Below are positions 59,966 to 64,000 of a stretch of DNA of 64,000 nucleotides, in pieces. The stretch covers positions 26,102,001 to 26,166,000 of the forward strand of contig NC_135763.1 of the NCBI RefSeq assembly GCF_052425735.1. Reading direction: 5' to 3'. Positions within the stretch are counted from its first letter, which is position 1, and every line of letters starts with the position of its first letter. Source of the DNA: Oculina patagonica. Its lineage: Eukaryota. A program made the position numbers and the translations under genes. The notes beneath the pieces were generated by a model that saw only the letters and a program-made list of their open reading frames with translations, searched no databases and was not told the origin of the DNA.

Positions 59966-62900
59966 GGCAATCTGAGAAAAACCGGCATTGTTACCTCAAG
60001 ATACTTGTATTTATGAGTTAAAAGCCAATCGATTCTACTTTTTAGACCTTAATTGTAATAATGCAACCATCCTATCTGTTAAATAAATGCTGTGAACATT
60101 GAACTGTTTGCTCTCAGCTTTTTTATTCATCCTTTCTCTTTTTTGACATATTTCATTATTTTTCCAGTTCTTTAAAGCAACAATGATACAATTTGTTTTT
60201 ATTTTACTTTCTATAAGCGTTCTGGTTTGATTTTGTGCCAATTTCCGCTATTTTCCTCCGAAGAAATGAAGAGAGGACCTGGGAACGAGGTTGGTGAAAT
60301 CCAAGATGGCGGCTCTAATGACGTCACATGACATCATATGACGTCACAGGCAACAGCCATTATGGCAACTTGTATAGTGTTGATGGTTTCTGGCTACGAC
60401 ATCACAAATCATACGGTTCAGAGGCTTTTACCTGTTCAAACCTATGGGGGCTTCTATCACGTTACATGTCTTAAACCTGCTATTCCTGTTCGCGTCCAGA
60501 TTTTTTTTGTACCTTTACACATCCCCTTGTATTTCTTCGTGACATTACGCATTTTTTTATATTCCCCCATCCTTTTTTTTACTATTATTTTATATTCGTT
60601 GAGATTGGCCACCATTTTGAATATTAAGTGCACCCTTCAGTAACGCCTTTTACTACTGCCAGTCACGCTCTACATAAAAAGTAAAGGGACCCTCTTATAA
60701 CAAAACCTATTTTATTTAGCTGAAACGCTTTGTTTTATTTTGCAAAAAGCAAACTGTTCAGTCGTTGTATTTAAATTCGCTCAGGTTGGGACAGACAAAA
60801 CTAACAATTATTTCTTCTGACACGTTTCACTGAATCAATTGAATGTCTTTTAATCCCACAAAAGTTTTGCTGGTGATTCATTTATACTAAGGCATTTGAT
60901 GGAAAAGGCAGGTGAAAGACCACCTGTAGACCACAGAGGATAGACGATTTATATTTTGCTAAAACATTTCCTGCACCAAGAGATACCTAGGGAACAATTA
61001 CAGCGCTTGCCTATTTTGTATAGTGTTCGCGAAGCTATCGCTAAGTACGGTAATTTAGTCACTCAAATATGACCAATCATTGCATGCCATGTTTTGATCA
61101 TCACTAAACATGCCAATAATACTTTGTTACAACTGACATTGATATTCGCACGAAAGGCACTGAACTAGGTGAGTGAGCACGAAGTGGTGTTGTTTTTAAC
61201 TGTATAGCACGATTTTAAACTTATTTTCCACATTATTTTTGGCAGAATCGCTTTCAAATTGGATTGAAGCCGCAAAGGTATGGATTTCCCTGTTTCTACA
61301 TCCTTAAGAACAATACCTGAAAACAAAAATTTATTAGAATGTGTTTCCCAATGAATATAACAGTATTTTGGGGAATTGCAGCACCGCTCGTCAACAAACA
61401 GTAGGATTGTCGAAGACCATTTAAAGTTCAAAAATAATCACAAAACGGAAAACTCTCAGGGACACTATTCAATCAAATCCGGATTCATAATACTAAATCG
61501 GTTATTAAATGCAAGAGACAGGTTAAAAGAAACTAAAATATGCAAATAGTCAGCAAGGCGTTTTTCGATCGAGCTTATGAAAATTATTTATACCTTAACA
61601 CCAAGGATTCAATGCACCGTTTAGCGCGCACTCACTGTCATTATATATTATCAGCCCCTTTTTCTTCCCTCGAAACTTGTGATTGTTTTTAAGGCGAGTA
61701 TTCTCCTCTGGCCAATGTATCCTACGTGTATAAAAATGGCTAAAGAGTGTCTTTAGCTACGTTTACATTTCAAGCAACCGTCTGGGGGCATCGAAGAGTA
61801 ACTGCAACTGGCATAATTTAATTAAAGAAAACCGCAACCTTCAACTGATTCTGTATTTTTTCTGGTGCCTCAGTTCAGAAGTATTTCTCATCGGAAGTCA
61901 TGTTTCGTTAAAGACGTTTTAAATTCCTAGGTGACAAATGAAAACTTGCTTTGTCGTCCACTCTTCTTATGCAGTCTTTGTTGCCTTTAGCTTTAAATTG
62001 CAAACTCTCACAGTAATTTTTATGCTCAATTTTTCCTCTGATAAATATTAAGAAGCCCACCCTTGATAAATACAACTACTAGATATGCGCTGTTTCCCAA
62101 CCCTGGAGCCAGCAAGTCTGGAGAGATATGATATGAGTTTAAACCAACACTTTGATACAATTTTCAGCTGTCAATTTCATGTCATATTTCACATACAGTT
62201 CTCCACAGATACAGAACTTACATAGAAAGGTTTGGCTTAACGGAAGAGTGACTTTAACAAAGGAAAACCTTTAGACGCAGATTCCAGTGCATTAAACCAT
62301 TTTTGTAATTATATTGTACATATTTTATTCTTCTAAAATCGAAAATGACTTCCTTTTTACCGCAACCTTTTAAATTTTCTATTCTTGTCTAAAGAGGGGC
62401 CCCTTTTCCCCTTTGCAAATCGAATCACGTGAAAAAAATGCTTGGCCTTTTCACGCGTCACGAATGATATCCACAATATTTTTGTGTTCACGCAAAAATC
62501 AAGCGATCCCTGTTTAGTCTGTTATACGCTCGGAAGGAGTAAAACCGTATAATTTAATGTCTGCGTTGAACGTCATGTCTGTTGAGATCATGCAAGCGAC
62601 AAAATAGCTGACATTAATTTTTATCTGTTCAAAACCCAGCCACAGAGCTTTAAAACTAAAAGAGTATTTACTAGAACACTGAAAATTAATTCTCGCAAAG
62701 CAAGATGATTCAGGAATCGCGTCCAATTCAACTCTTCGTTCACCACACGGGTCACGTTTAAGTCAAAATTGCGTTGGCGTGCACGTGAAAAGATCTCAAA
62801 ATTGGGTATCACGAAAAACTAAAAGCTCAAATCATGTTTCACCGGGAAAATAAATAGCGCCAGTCACGCTCTACATAAAAAGTAAAGGGACCCTCTTATA

Positions 62901-63113
62901 ACAAAACCTATTTTATTTAGCTGAAACGCTTTGTTTTATTTTGCAAAAAGCAAACTGTTCAGTCGTTGTATTTAAATTCGCTTAATGCTCCCAACCCATG
63001 ACATGAAAACAAGACAACAAGTTCAGTGGGAGAAAAGGGGTAAGGGGTGAAGTGCTCGAGTTGCCAATAGGAATCATGCAGAGTATTACAGGTAAGTTGG
63101 TTGGCAACGAGAG

Positions 63114-63515
63114 GTTGGGAACAAACACAACAACATTCCCTGGTTCCCAAGCAACTGGGGTCCTAAGACCCTTGGGAACAAACACAACAACACTCCCTGG
63201 TTCCCAAGCAACTGGGGTCCAAAGACCCTTGGGAACAAACACAACCACATTTCTGGTTCCCAAGCAACTGGGGTCCTAAGACCCTTGGGAAGAAACACAA
63301 CCACATTCCCTGGTTCCCAAGCAACTGGGGTCCTAAGACCCTTGGGAACAGTTCCCAAGCAACTGGGGTCCTAAGACCCTTGGGAACAAACGCAACCACA
63401 TTCCCTGGTTCCCAAGAAACTGGGGTCCTAAGACCCTTGGGAACAAACACAACCACATTCCCTGGTTCCCAAGAAACTGGGGTCCTAATCTCCAGGACCC
63501 TTGGGAACAAACACA
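63114..63515 (+). repeat. 57-bp minisatellite with two hairpins per unit
   Basis: Unit cttgggaacaaacacaaccacattccctggttcccaagcaactggggtcctaagacc, about 7 copies. Confidence 0.95.
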
Positions 63516-63809
63516 ACAGCCAACAACAGCAACACTGAGGGCCCACTCTACAGGGAAAGCTGACCCTGTAAGGCTATGGGGCAAAAGGGCGAATTGTATG
63601 GAGCACTTCACCCCTTCCCGTGGTTTATTTACTTTAACAAAAAAAAAACAACACTTAGGTAAGATGTTCTAAACCTATCGAAGAAGATCATAAATAAAAG
63701 TCAGTAAACGAATAACAGAATGGTTGAGTTAGTATGTGCCAGCTTGACACTTAATGAAACAGTTATATCAATGCCTCGAGAAGAAGAGATATTGCTCAAG
63801 GCCAACAGC

Positions 63810-64000
63810 TGTAAGCTTGAGTTGGCATACAAAATGTTAACAATAGTAACATCTTAATAAGCAGACATGCTGCTTCAGTCCATAAGCTTTAAGCCTGAGT
63901 TAGCATACAAAATGGTAACAATATAAAACCAATGTCTCTATAAGCAGACATGCTGCTTCAGTCCATAAGCTCTAAGCCTGAGTTAGCATACAAAATGGTA
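63810..64000 (+). repeat. ~82-bp tandem repeat running off the window
   Basis: taagcagacatgctgcttcagtccataagc..aagcctgagttagcatacaaaatggta twice, plus a partial earlier copy. Confidence 0.8.

Larger units (their letters stand above)
55432..60657. mobile_element. Fully palindromic Polinton/Maverick-like element 2 (5226 bp)
   Basis: AGTAGT...ACTACT termini; 6-bp TSD GCCAGT (55426-55431, 60658-60663); arms ~2.37 kb with mirrored coordinates summing to 116089; empty sites in the neighbouring tandem units. Confidence 0.9.
51445..62982 (+). repeat. Tandem array of a ~2.0-2.65-kb unit (about 3 copies with internal deletions)
   Basis: acctgaaaac..aatttattagaat recurs at 51445, ~53430 and ~61315; taaatagcgccagtcacgctctac recurs at ~52775, 55418/60658 (split by element 2) and ~62851. 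Confidence 0.92.

Noticed and set aside
63052-63611. Repetitive ORFs on both strands / CRISPR-like look
   Set aside because: By-product of a 57-bp (3n) unit; no unique spacers or coding evidence

Overview
AT-rich, repeat-dense animal DNA. The repeat and gene types suggest a cnidarian, probably a stony coral (inference). Most of the window is a large duplication: copy A spans 1-21653 and copy B spans 37147-50943, ending at a 500-N gap. Each copy holds a decayed Sola3-like DDD transposon and an intact three-exon gene for a 113-aa secreted protein (signal peptide, fibronectin type II domain, 4-Cys module, C-terminal ...PRP-GRR amidation motif). The two gene copies are identical in the FN2 exon, and every changed codon in the last exon is amino-acid-changing. 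Two unrelated ~5.2-kb elements carry Polinton/Maverick hallmarks (AGT...ACT ends, 6-bp TSD, kilobase inverted repeats) but lack polymerase, integrase and capsid genes. The first (2807-8885) encodes a zinc-finger/packaging-ATPase fusion, split by a hAT-type MITE, plus two Maverick-like accessory ORFs. The second (55432-60657) is one giant palindrome carrying two genes per arm. The rest comprises a GPCR pseudogene, tRNA-Ile(GAT) and tRNA-Ala(AGC) sequences, many MITEs (several checkable against empty sites in the sister copy), LINE fragments, a hammerhead-like Penelope remnant and several tandem arrays. Family names come from motif recognition only; no database search was run.
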